DNA from: Halorutilales archaeon Cl-col2-1
GTDB lineage: Archaea; Halobacteriota; Halobacteria; Halobacteriales; Afararchaeaceae
Assembly (NCBI GenBank): GCA_041891055.1
Contig: CP169074.1
Span: 1,760,001-1,824,000, forward strand
Length of the DNA stretch: 64,000 bases
Direction of reading: 5' to 3'
Shown: positions 37,927-47,690 of the stretch, in pieces
How the letters are laid out: every line of letters starts with the position of its first letter
Numbering within the stretch: position 1 is the stretch's first letter
The notes under the pieces: generated by a model
Seen by the model: the letters and a program-made list of their open reading frames with translations, nothing else
Databases searched by the model: none
Told to the model about the DNA's origin: nothing
Made by a program: the position numbers and the translations under genes

Positions 37927-39382
37927 TTTTTATCTCCTCGGCTGCGTCTGAGAGGTTTTCTCTGGATGTCTGGAGGTCTTCCTCTGTCTTATTCAATCTG
38001 TCCAAGTCGGAGTCTACAGACCCGCGGAACTCCTCTACCGCGGTCTCTATCTCGCCCGGACCGCCGTACGAGTCACGTGTCTCGACGTTCTTACGCGGGT
38101 CGAGTGCCTCACGTATCTTCTCGTCGTCTACACCGAGTCTCTCTCCCGTAATCTCACGTCCGACCTCCTCGACATCCTCTCCACTCACGTCACCGTCACC
38201 GTACTCCGCGGCTACCTCTCCGACTATGTGGTGTGCGGTACGGAAAGCCATCCCCGTCTCACGAACCAGAAGATCGGCGAGCTCAGTCGCTCCCGTGAAT
38301 CCCTCTCGTGTACTCTCCTCGGCGCGGTCGCGGTCGAACTCGGCGGTCTCTACGGCTCCCGCGATCACCTCTACGCTCTCACGTGTCGTCTCGAACGCCT
38401 CCCAGAGATGCTTGGTCGCCTCCTGGAGGTCACGGTTGTACGCCATCGGGAGTCCCTTGGTTATAGACAGAAGCGAGTCGAGCGCGCCGTGTACCGTTCC
38501 CGTCTTGCCCCTCGCTAGCTCCGCAGTGTCGGGGTTCTTCTTCTGTGGCATTATACTCGAACTACTCGCGTACCTGTCGTCCAACTCGACGAATCCGAAC
38601 TCCGACGAGCTCCAGAGGAAGATATCCTCACAGAGACGTGACAGGTTCGTAGCCGCGTTCGAGGCTGCGCTCGCCGACTCGACCGCGAAGTCACGTGATG
38701 CGACCCCGTCCATCGAGTTACGTGTCGGCGAGTCGAATCCGAGAAGCTCTGTCGTTCTGTGTCTGTCTATCCCGAATCCCGTCCCCGCGAAGGCGGCACT
38801 TCCGAGAGGATTCCGGTTGACCCTTCGGTATACGTCGAGGAGGCGGTCGACGTCCCTCTCGAAAGCCGCGGCGTGGGCGAGGAGATGGTGTCCGACCGTC
38901 GTGGGCTGTGCACGCTGGAGATGTGTGTAACCCGAGACGAGCCAGTCTGAGGTCTCCTCGGCGCGGTCGACGAGAGACTCACGGAGACCGATGAGCGAAG
39001 ACGCAAGACGGAGTATCTCTTCTCTCAGGCGGAGACGGATACACGTCGCGACCTCGTCGTTGCGCGAACGTGCGGTATGGAGACGTCCACCGACGTCCTC
39101 TCCGACTCTGTCTATCACGGCTTCCTCTATCGCGGGATGTACGTCCTCGTGTCCCTCGGGGAGAGCGTCGAACCCCTCTTTTTCGACCTCGTCGAGTGCA
39201 CCGAGTATCGAAGCCGCGTCGTCCTCGTCGAGTATTCCCTGTTCGGCGAGCATCACCACGTGGGCGCGTCCTACGTCTATGTCTGCCTCGAATATCCAGT
39301 CGTCGGAGTCGAAAGACGACAGGAACCGTGTCACGTCCTCGTCAGTCGCAGACAGACGTCCTCGTCTGACTAGATCGGTCAT
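37916..39382 (-). CDS. argH: Argininosuccinate lyase
   Basis: EDVH, HTARSRND, GYTHLQRAQP, SSIMPQKKNPD, YNRDLQE; start re-called at MTDLVRRGR. Confidence 0.95.
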   Translation of the reverse strand: MTDLVRRGRLSATDEDVTRFLSSFDSDDWIFEADIDVGRAHVVMLAEQGILDEDDAASILGALDEVEKEGFDALPEGHEDVHPAIEEAVIDRVGEDVGGRLHTARSRNDEVATCIRLRLREEILRLASSLIGLRESLVDRAEETSDWLVSGYTHLQRAQPTTVGHHLLAHAAAFERDVDRLLDVYRRVNRNPLGSAAFAGTGFGIDRHRTTELLGFDSPTRNSMDGVASRDFAVESASAASNAATNLSRLCEDIFLWSSSEFGFVELDDRYASSSSIMPQKKNPDTAELARGKTGTVHGALDSLLSITKGLPMAYNRDLQEATKHLWEAFETTRESVEVIAGAVETAEFDRDRAEESTREGFTGATELADLLVRETGMAFRTAHHIVGEVAAEYGDGDVSGEDVEEVGREITGERLGVDDEKIREALDPRKNVETRDSYGGPGEIETAVEEFRGSVDSDLDRLNKTEEDLQTSRENLSDAAEEIKNDS

Positions 39383-39510
39383 ATCCTGAGTACTTCGTCC
39401 AACCACTTGACTTTCGCCTTTCCATAAACCTCCGATCTGTGTTACAGTCAACCGAAGACTGACGTATTTCCGAAGGAGATAAGCAGCACAACTGGTTAGG
39501 TAATGCCGTA

Positions 39511-39583
39511 AGTCCCGTGGTGTAGCGGCCAATCATATGGGCCTTTGGAGCCCATGACGGCGGTTCGAATCCGCCCGGGACTA
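39511..39583 (+). tRNA. tRNA-Gln (TTG)
   Basis: AGTCCCG/CGGGACT-A acceptor, anticodon arm ATGGGC-CT TTG GA-GCCCAT, T loop GGTTCGAATCC. Confidence 0.95.
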
Positions 39584-39831
39584 TCCCCTCTTGCGATTAA
39601 CATCTGGTAAAATCTCTGAAATTAAAGATGTCTTTATCGTCCCTATAATCCCATAGACCCGGTTCCGAGAGGGATTGATAAGGGAATATATCGTCGCTGT
39701 CTGCTAGTATTCTCTTTCTACAGAGTGAAATCAAAGACATCTAACAACCCATTTACTCGGTTAGACTATAGTTTTTCCTAAATATATAAGCGGTCACAAA
39801 ACATATCTTACCGTAGCTGATATACTCAGAC

Positions 39832-40338
39832 ATGCCAGAGGAATCTCTGACGGAAGAATGGCAGAAGTCGTTGGAGGAGCGTTCTGCACGTGAGAGGGTC
39901 TATGACGTAGCTCTACAGCTACACGAGCCTACTAAGGTGTCAGACGTAGCCGAACGGGCAGAAGTCTCGAAAGAGACAGCCAGAAACTACCTTACTTGGT
40001 TCACAGAGATAGGAATACTAACTCAGGACAGCCGAAGTCCAGACACATTCAGCCGTAACGACTCTTATTTCGAGTGGAAACGCATCAACGAGCTTCGGAG
40101 CCTCCCGAAAGACGAACTCACTTCTCGTCTAGAAGAGCTCACTCAGAAAGAGACTGAATACAGAAACAAATACGAGGAAGAGAGTCCTAGCGAAGTCGAA
40201 GCACTCGACTATGCGGATTACGACGAAGTCGAGGAAGTCTGGCTCGAACTCGACGAGTGGGAGACCGTCAGACGTAGAATCAGAGAGTTAGAGAAGGCGA
40301 GAAACAGAAGCGAACCACGGGACGGAGTCAGTGCGTAG
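39832..40338 (+). CDS. ArsR-like HTH protein (haloarchaeal mobilome gene pair, first gene)
   Basis: RERVYDVALQL..VSDVAERAEVSKETARNYL..YFEWKRINEL. Confidence 0.7.
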   Translation: MPEESLTEEWQKSLEERSARERVYDVALQLHEPTKVSDVAERAEVSKETARNYLTWFTEIGILTQDSRSPDTFSRNDSYFEWKRINELRSLPKDELTSRLEELTQKETEYRNKYEEESPSEVEALDYADYDEVEEVWLELDEWETVRRRIRELEKARNRSEPRDGVSA

Positions 40339-40750
40339 GAAAGAAAAGATGTCGAAGACAGTCAACGAGTCACTCCTTCGAAGTACTGCGAACAGACTTG
40401 AGAAGGTAGACAGATTCGAGAAAGTAGTACTCTTTCCGGTCGATTACCCCGAGTCTGTGATTGTCGAGACTGACCTCGTGTACTACCCAGAGGATGTCGA
40501 CCGTGCTTTTCTGGACATCCGGACGTACCTAAACGGAGACTTCCACATCTCGTATATTGAGGAGCGGGAGTTAGACAGATGGAGATGTCGTTGGGATCGA
40601 CATGAGAATAACCATAACTCCAGAGACCACTTCCATCCTCCGCCCGACGCTCCTACTCAGGGGGAAGACAGAGAATACCCCGACGACTTCTTCGACGTTT
40701 TAGGAATAGTCCTCGAATACGTCGAGTCTAGGCTGGGCGAGGTATGGTAG
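40331..40750 (+). CDS. Hypothetical protein with His-rich motif (second gene of pair; possible TA toxin)
   Basis: NGDFHISY..CRWDRHENNHNSRDHFHPPPDA. Confidence 0.65.
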   Translation: MRRKEKMSKTVNESLLRSTANRLEKVDRFEKVVLFPVDYPESVIVETDLVYYPEDVDRAFLDIRTYLNGDFHISYIEERELDRWRCRWDRHENNHNSRDHFHPPPDAPTQGEDREYPDDFFDVLGIVLEYVESRLGEVW

Positions 40751-40802
40751 ACTCGAGTATGTGGGCTAGCTCAAGGACACACTCTTAGATATTAGCAGTT
40801 GC

Positions 40803-40896
40803 TAAGCCCTCGCCCTCAAGGGGTGTTCAAAAATTTGAGTCCTCAAGTCATAGAGTTTGGGACGAAGGAAGTGTGCAGGTGTGTGGCGTAGTTCAC
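40803..40896 (+). mobile_element. Degenerate IS200/IS605 right-end remnant
   Basis: AAGCCCTCGCCCTCAAGGGGTG...GTAGTTCAC resembles haloarchaeal IS605 ends; its TCA forms the stop of the convergent kinase. Confidence 0.45.
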
Positions 40897-41963
40897 GGGC
40901 TTTCTCTCAGATGTAACACAATATCGTTTCCTCTTTCTTCACCCTTCTTTTTGAATTCAACAACTCCTTCACATGACTCTGTTATCCATTTAACGAGCCA
41001 GAGCCCTAGCCCACTTCCGTGCCTGAGTTCATCTGTGTATGAGTCCCCTGTAATCGTCTCTTTTTCCTGTTCGGGGATAATGGGCGCGTTATCGATTACA
41101 TGCAGTTCTATCCAGTTACTACCTTTTGAGCAACAGTCTGTCTTCAACATAACTTCCGGATCGGCTAAATCATTATGCTCAATTGAGTTTTCAACTAGAC
41201 TTTTGATTGCCATATTCACGGCGGGATCGGCTTTAACGCAGACGGGTTCGTCAACAGAGATTTCTATACTCGCTTTCGGATAGAGTTCCGTATACTCGTC
41301 ACGTATGTCCTTAACTATCTCAGCTATATCAACCGGTCTGTTCTCAAAATCTTTCTCTAAAGCACGTTTGATACGGTCTGATTCACGACTGATATGAGAG
41401 AGATATTCAGTCCTTTCGTTGATACTTTGTATGCTTTCAAGGATTTCTTCGTCATCTGAAACGGATTCTATCTTATCGGCGAAACCGGATATTACAGTAA
41501 TGCTGTTTCTAAGGTTATGCCGCAGAATCCTGTGAAGAACCATTAGACGGCTCTCTTTCTGCTTATATGAGTGTATATCTAGATATACTGCAAATCCTCT
41601 TTTATCCTCGCCATCTCCATAAGGTATACCCATATAAACAAACTTCCGTATACCATTAGCAGTCTCACGCTCAACTATTGCGTTATTAACCTTCCCTTCC
41701 TCTGTTCTCTTGTCAAATTTATTTGCCTCCTCTGATAGAAAGTTAGGAACTATTATGTCGTTGATGGACTTATTGAGGACTTCGTCTTTCTCATATCCAA
41801 ATGTTTCAGTAAAAGCAGTATTTACGTCTCTAATCACCGGACGAGAGTTTACTATCTTAAAATCAATAACTGGAGACTGAAACCTATTAAAAAGAGGTCT
41901 GTATTTACCTCTGGAGCTCCAATCAGAGGACTGACCATCTTTTTCAGATCTACCTTTTTCCAT
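40893..41963 (-). CDS. PAS sensor histidine kinase
   Basis: VNTAFTETFGY PAS, LHRILRHNLRN, LVENSIEHN, HGSGLGLW. Confidence 0.88.
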   Translation of the reverse strand: MEKGRSEKDGQSSDWSSRGKYRPLFNRFQSPVIDFKIVNSRPVIRDVNTAFTETFGYEKDEVLNKSINDIIVPNFLSEEANKFDKRTEEGKVNNAIVERETANGIRKFVYMGIPYGDGEDKRGFAVYLDIHSYKQKESRLMVLHRILRHNLRNSITVISGFADKIESVSDDEEILESIQSINERTEYLSHISRESDRIKRALEKDFENRPVDIAEIVKDIRDEYTELYPKASIEISVDEPVCVKADPAVNMAIKSLVENSIEHNDLADPEVMLKTDCCSKGSNWIELHVIDNAPIIPEQEKETITGDSYTDELRHGSGLGLWLVKWITESCEGVVEFKKKGEERGNDIVLHLRESP

Positions 41964-41965
41964 GT

Positions 41966-43546
41966 TTAGAGATCAACGGAATATTTCTTATCCGTACTGG
42001 ACTTCGCAAAAGGTGTTCTCTCAACGTATAGACTGTGTCCTCTTTCGGCTTCTTCGTTCAGTAAGCTAAAGGCTTGATCTGCGGATCCAAAATAAAATGC
42101 TCCGAGGTCATCTCCAACTTTTTCTCTGTCTATGATGTTCATCACAGTATCATCATCCTCAAAGACACCTTCGTCGTTCTCATAACGTACTTTTCTAGCC
42201 TCTTCCTCTCCTAGAACATTTACTTCTCCCGCTATGTTTCCTATAATCAGAAGAGGGTTCTGACTACGTTGGTATGTGATCCGATTTACTTCTTCGAGAC
42301 TTCTTTTCTTGAGATCGAAGATATTCCTGTTGGAGTCCGAGTTCCAGCCACCAAACGCACTAAGGATAAAAAGACGGTCGTTATTCAGATACTTCTCAAG
42401 CGGCTTACTGAAAGAATTCAACAGAGAGTTTCGAGACAAGCTAGAGGGAGGTGTTAGAGAAATGTCATACCCGTTCTCAAATGCCTCCGAGCACGTCGAG
42501 GATATAAACTGTCCTATATCTGCGTCTTCTCGGTGGCGTACAGCTATTTGACCGCCCTTGACAAGTCCTCCAAGAGCCGAATCAATCTTCTCTATTCCCA
42601 CAGGTATTTGTTCGTTATCTGAGAGTTTGCTGCGGCGTCGGGAACGAGCAGAGGAAAGGGCAGTCTCTACCTCTTCAAGCATCTGTGTTTGTTCATCTCT
42701 CATTTCATTGACGTCTTTTATTGAGTCAGAGACCTGAGATGCTTTGTCTGCTGTCTTCTCACACATAGAGGTTACCTCCTCAACGCTAGAAGCTTGATCA
42801 TCGGTGGCATCAGCTATCTCACTTATTCCATCTGATGTCTCTGAGGCTGAATCAGATATCTTCTCAAGTCGTTTTGTTAGGTTCATTACCATATTAGAGT
42901 TCGATTCTATCCTTTGATTCATATTATCTAGGCTTTTGACAGCTCCATGGGTATTTTCTCTCACTTCTCGAACGATCTCCTCTATCTCAGAAGCTCGTTC
43001 TTGAGACTGCTCAGCGAGATCTTTGACTTCGTTGGCTACAACAGCGAATCCATCTCCCGCTTCACCTGCCCTAGCCGCTTCTATGCTAGCGTTAAGAGCG
43101 AGAAGATTAGTCTGATCAGCTATATCATTTATAACATCGACTATCTCGCCAATTTTGTCAACACTATCCTGCAGACTGTGGATATCCTCAGATACCTTTT
43201 CTGCGGCTTCGACAACCTGTGACATAGATTCAGCAGTTTCTTCGGCAGATTCCCTCCCTTTCTCAGCCATTTCCCTGGTTTTTTGACTTTTCTGACTTAT
43301 TTTATCAGTACTTGCAGCTATCTCTTCTATCGTCGCACTTAAATCCGACATCTCGGTGACCACTGACTCCAGTTCTTGAACCTGGGACTGAGATGATTTA
43401 TTTACTGATCTAAGCTCTGAATCAACTTTTGATGAAACAGCATGAACAACCTCCGCAGCTCCTTGTGCGTTTGCTATTGTTCTACCTGTGTCGTGTATAT
43501 TCTCTTGCCGTGTTTGAGTATCCTTGGACAGAGACGAGTCAGACAT
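41966..43546 (-). CDS. Soluble methyl-accepting transducer fused to a C-terminal degenerate RecA/KaiC-like domain
   Basis: [33 protein letters not shown] hairpin tip; C-terminal [20 protein letters not shown]. Confidence 0.8.
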   Translation of the reverse strand: MSDSSLSKDTQTRQENIHDTGRTIANAQGAAEVVHAVSSKVDSELRSVNKSSQSQVQELESVVTEMSDLSATIEEIAASTDKISQKSQKTREMAEKGRESAEETAESMSQVVEAAEKVSEDIHSLQDSVDKIGEIVDVINDIADQTNLLALNASIEAARAGEAGDGFAVVANEVKDLAEQSQERASEIEEIVREVRENTHGAVKSLDNMNQRIESNSNMVMNLTKRLEKISDSASETSDGISEIADATDDQASSVEEVTSMCEKTADKASQVSDSIKDVNEMRDEQTQMLEEVETALSSARSRRRSKLSDNEQIPVGIEKIDSALGGLVKGGQIAVRHREDADIGQFISSTCSEAFENGYDISLTPPSSLSRNSLLNSFSKPLEKYLNNDRLFILSAFGGWNSDSNRNIFDLKKRSLEEVNRITYQRSQNPLLIIGNIAGEVNVLGEEEARKVRYENDEGVFEDDDTVMNIIDREKVGDDLGAFYFGSADQAFSLLNEEAERGHSLYVERTPFAKSSTDKKYSVDL

Positions 43547-44793
43547 ATCTAGTTATGCTAATGAATAACTTCGTATAAAAACCTCAGAGAATAAAATACA
43601 TTAAATATATTATATTTTCTTTATTTGGATATGGTGCTTGATGGATCTCACCCATCAAATCCTCAACTAAATGAAGGGAGGTGACCTCAGATTAATCCCT
43701 CTTAGCCATCTACAATCTTCTTCATAAGAGCGTACAGTATATCTGGTAAATGGCTGGGAAGTGTCAGTATTAGATGTGATCAGGTAGGAATTCCTGAGAT
43801 AAACCAATCCAAAACCAGCGTATCTTGGCTGATAACACTGCTTTTGGATAAATAGTTGTGACGACCTATAAAAAACAGAGTGGAAAGGTGGATAGGACGT
43901 TGGCTCGATTCCTTGGGCTTTCTCAACGTGCGGGTGGGATGGGATAGCAAGTAGTGATCCGGTGGGGGGATTATATGTATGACACAGATCCAGTCATGGA
44001 GTATTTACACTTACACATCACTCCTCATTAGTTGGATATTCTCCCATGTATTAAAACTTTATCAAAACGTTCGTGGTATAGATTGAAATAAATATTGAAA
44101 GATAAATAGAATACAACCCTTACATGGTCTAATTACTGTGAATCCCATATGTAAATGGAAGAGACTGTCCCGAGAAGAAGTCTTCAAGATGGTGCCTTGA
44201 GTCTATTGACCCAAACAGTCACAGCAAACTATCGATAAGCATCTCTTCTCTGTCTGCCAAATAGTTACATCCAATCCAGTTAGGCACAGATGCCCACGAA
44301 GCTGGTCTTTATATATCAAGTTACACAATACTTAGTCAGCAGGAGACCAACTCCAAGAATAGAGCTACAGTAATCCGACGCAGTCATGTGGATAGCTGTT
44401 TAGACTGTATTGGGCGAGAAAGAGGCTAGTCGTCCCGTTTCGATGGAGGATGTAAGATGAGTGAGCCTTTGGAGCCCATGACGGCGGTTCGAATCCGCCC
44501 GGGACTATTTTGCGTCGAATGAACTGTGAGACGCAAATGCCCCCGGCGTTCGAACCAGGGAGTAGTAGCGACCGAGGTTAGGATTACTTGTGCCAATGAT
44601 ATTCCACGACAAGAGAAAGTGCAGTGAATCAGTCGAGAGAAGATACAAAAATGGAGCTATGAAACGGGAGGTTATGTGAAGTCGTCGCCTGTCGTAGTAG
44701 ATGGTATGGTCTATGGAACAGGTTAGCTCAGTAGCACGAAGTTTTCGAGAGCGCATTCTTCCCGCGTTCGTCGATCTAAGATTTACGAGTCTT

Positions 44794-44930
44794 CAGAAAT
44801 CGGAGATTTCTGTGATGCAGAAAACTCCCAGAGTTTTCCAGCACAAGCAAATCGAAGATTTGCCTACGCCTAAAGGCGTCCCCAGAACGCGGAGCGTTCT
44901 GCTGTGCGAACGAATCGCTACGCGATTCGT
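44794..44930. repeat. Array of six short palindromes, mostly with 3-nt loops
   Basis: CAGAAATC-gga-GATTTCTG; GAAAACTC-cca-GAGTTTTC; GCAAATC-gaa-GATTTGC; ACGCCT-aa-AGGCGT; CAGAACGC-gga-GCGTTCTG; ACGAATCGC-tac-GCGATTCGT. Confidence 0.88.
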
Positions 44931-45043
44931 CAACGCGTGTATCCTGCTGTGGAACCTATGATTGAATAGACTGGAGTAATTATCCGAACCCGACTCTACG
45001 TCATCTCAGACTCCTTGCTCCTAAAAAAACTAACGAGGAAATA

Positions 45044-47602
45044 ATGGATAACTCACTGTACAGATCGATCGTTGAAGAGAGTAACGACGGTGTCTTAGTC
45101 GCACGGGACGGCGAGGTGGTCTACGCCAACCGACGTCTACGAGAGATGACCGGGTACTCCGAGGACGAGATAGTTGGATCGTCAAAGACTATGATAGTCG
45201 CCCCTGGGTATATCGACGAAGTCGAGGGATACCACCGAGCACGTATCGAAGGAAAGTCGGCTCCTAACCTGTATGAGGTAGAGATTCAAACACGCGACGG
45301 CGACCCAGTCCCCGTCGAACTTTCGGTCAGCCGAGTTAAACACGAGGGGGAACCGGTGTCAGTCTCTTTCTGGCGTGAAATCACCGAGAGGAAGGAGAAG
45401 AAACGCGAGCTACAAGATCTCAAGCACGAGTACGAGTCAGTATTCGAGAACGTTCAGGACGCCCTCTTCCTACTTGATGTTGACGAGGGCGGTACGGTTC
45501 GGTTCCAGCGGTTTAACGAGCAGGAGGAGGAGTACACGGGGAAGTCGACAGAGGAAGTCCGCGGAAAGACACCTGTCGAGGCTTTCGGAGAGGATATCGG
45601 ATCAGAGCTACGGTCGAACTACCGACAATGTATCGAACGCTGTGAGACGGTAGTCTACGAGGAGGAGCTGACTCTCGGCGGCAAAACCCGTGTCTGGCAG
45701 ACGAAGCTAACACCCGTCGTCGTCGACGGAGAGGTCGAGAAGATTGTCGGTGCGGGACGTGACATCACCGAACTCAAGGAGTACGAGGAAGAGCTCGAAA
45801 GTGCCCGGAAGAGGTTACGTGTACTATTCGATGAGGCACCCGACGCGATGGCTATCCACGACTCCGAGGGTGAGATTCTCGACGTCAACCAGGCAGCCGT
45901 CGAGTATCTCGGCTACTCTAGAGACGGTCTCCTTTCTATGAATATCTCCGATTTCGAGGTGGAAGAGACGAAGGAAGACCTGCGTGAGATGTGGTCGGAT
46001 ATGGAGACCGGAGAAACCGCAAAGCTCAAAACCAAACATGAGCGCAAAGACGGATCAACTTATCCCGTCGAGGTCTGGATATCGAGGATAGAAGTCCATG
46101 GCAAGCCACGGTATTTCGCACTCGCGCGTGACATCACTGAGCGCAGGGAGTACGAGAAGGAGATGGAGGAGAAGAATGCCTTACTCTCGACACTCTTCGA
46201 GGCGTTACCCATCGGGGTGCTGGCTGAGGACGAATCACGCAACGTCCTGGAGATCAACCAACAGCTGTTCAGTATCTTTGGTATTCAGGAGGACTCAGAC
46301 GAAGCCGTCGGAAGGGACTGTGAGAAAATGGCAGAGGAACTCAAAGACATCTTCGTCGACTCTGACGGCTTCGTCGAACGTATCAACAGTATAGTTGAGA
46401 ACCAGAAACCTGTTGACAACGACGAACTCGAACTCGAAGACGGACGTATCCTCGAACGTACCTACCGACCTATCGAGATGCTCGGTGACGACGGACATCT
46501 CTGGATCTACCGTGACATCACTGAGCGAAGGGAGTACGAGAGCGATCTTCGACACGCACGCGAGGAGCTTCGCCAGATCATAGACCTCGTCCCGGACATG
46601 ATATTCGCCAAGGACAGAGAAGGTAAGTATCTCCTCGCCAACAAGAAGACTGCCGAGGTCTACGGACTTACTCCTGAGGAGGTCGAGGGATCGTTCGAGA
46701 AGGATGTGATACCCGATCCCGAGGACTCCGAGGAGTACAGACAGGACGACATAGAAGTCATCGAGTCGGGTGAGCCGAAGGATATTCCCGAGGAGGAGAT
46801 AACCACCGCGGACGGCGAGACACGTCTACTCCAGACTACGAAGATACCCTACAAGGTGCCCGGCACCGGCGAGGACGCTGTTCTCGGATACGCGCGTGAC
46901 GTCACCGAACTCAAGGAGTACGAGACTGAACTCGAAGAGCAGCGTGACAACCTCGAACTCCTCAACCAGGTCGTCCGTCACGACATACGTAACGATCTTC
47001 AGCTCGTCTTAGCTTATGCCGACGCATTAGATATGTACGTCGAAGAAGGAGGACAGGGTTACATAGAGAAGGTTCTAGATGCGGCACGTGACGCCGTCGA
47101 CATCACCACGACTGCACGTGACGTCACCGAGGTGATGCTCAAGTCGGAGTCTGACAGACGTCCGGTGAGTCTGAGATCCACTCTTGAGGACAAGGTTGAC
47201 GACGCGAGGTCGAACCACGAGGACGCCCTTATAACCATAGACGGTTCTGTCCCCGATATCGATGTCCTCGCAGACGACATGCTGGAGTCGGTCTTCAGGA
47301 ACCTCCTAAATAATGCCATACAGCACAACGACAAGGAGGTCGCCGAGGTCAGCGTCTCAGTGGCTGTCGAGGACGGAGACGCCGTGGTAAGGATCGCCGA
47401 CAACGGACCCGGAGTTCCTGACAAACTCAAACAAGAGATATTCGAGGAGGGTGAGATGGGTATCGAAAGCAGAGGAACGGGTCTCGGACTCTATCTTGTC
47501 GACACTCTCGTAGACGGCTACGGTGGCGAGGTCTGGGTCGAGGACAATCCCGACGAGCCTGAGGGATCAGTATTTAAAGTCAGGTTTCAGAAAGCCGAGT
47601 GA
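45044..47602 (+). CDS. Multi-PAS (five) sensor histidine kinase
   Basis: Repeated PAS/PAC blocks ending RDITE; LNQVVRHDIRN; NLLNNA; DNGPG; GTGLGL. Confidence 0.92.
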   Translation: MDNSLYRSIVEESNDGVLVARDGEVVYANRRLREMTGYSEDEIVGSSKTMIVAPGYIDEVEGYHRARIEGKSAPNLYEVEIQTRDGDPVPVELSVSRVKHEGEPVSVSFWREITERKEKKRELQDLKHEYESVFENVQDALFLLDVDEGGTVRFQRFNEQEEEYTGKSTEEVRGKTPVEAFGEDIGSELRSNYRQCIERCETVVYEEELTLGGKTRVWQTKLTPVVVDGEVEKIVGAGRDITELKEYEEELESARKRLRVLFDEAPDAMAIHDSEGEILDVNQAAVEYLGYSRDGLLSMNISDFEVEETKEDLREMWSDMETGETAKLKTKHERKDGSTYPVEVWISRIEVHGKPRYFALARDITERREYEKEMEEKNALLSTLFEALPIGVLAEDESRNVLEINQQLFSIFGIQEDSDEAVGRDCEKMAEELKDIFVDSDGFVERINSIVENQKPVDNDELELEDGRILERTYRPIEMLGDDGHLWIYRDITERREYESDLRHAREELRQIIDLVPDMIFAKDREGKYLLANKKTAEVYGLTPEEVEGSFEKDVIPDPEDSEEYRQDDIEVIESGEPKDIPEEEITTADGETRLLQTTKIPYKVPGTGEDAVLGYARDVTELKEYETELEEQRDNLELLNQVVRHDIRNDLQLVLAYADALDMYVEEGGQGYIEKVLDAARDAVDITTTARDVTEVMLKSESDRRPVSLRSTLEDKVDDARSNHEDALITIDGSVPDIDVLADDMLESVFRNLLNNAIQHNDKEVAEVSVSVAVEDGDAVVRIADNGPGVPDKLKQEIFEEGEMGIESRGTGLGLYLVDTLVDGYGGEVWVEDNPDEPEGSVFKVRFQKAE

Positions 47603-47690
47603 ACCCCCTTTGGAGATGACGGAGTTGGATCTCGGTTTACTACATATTTCCGGGACAAGAAATATACGTTAATACTCAGATATTCATCCA

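Larger units (their letters stand above)
39541..44508. mobile_element. Integrase-less genomic island bounded by 44-bp direct repeats of the tRNA-Gln 3' half (39541-39584 and 44465-44508)
   Basis: GCCTTTGGAGCCCATGACGGCGGTTCGAATCCGCCCGGGACTAT is present at both ends; the interior is visibly AT-richer than the flanks. Confidence 0.88.

Noticed and set aside
36661-39583. gatD close to tRNA-Gln as a functional cluster
   Set aside because: They are separated by argH and divergently oriented; proximity may be coincidental.
44465-44508. Second tRNA-Gln gene
   Set aside because: Only the 3' half is present; interpreted as an att repeat.
44505-44961. ORFs 44505-44756 and 44701-44961
   Set aside because: Non-acidic, no motifs; the second is better explained by the palindrome array.
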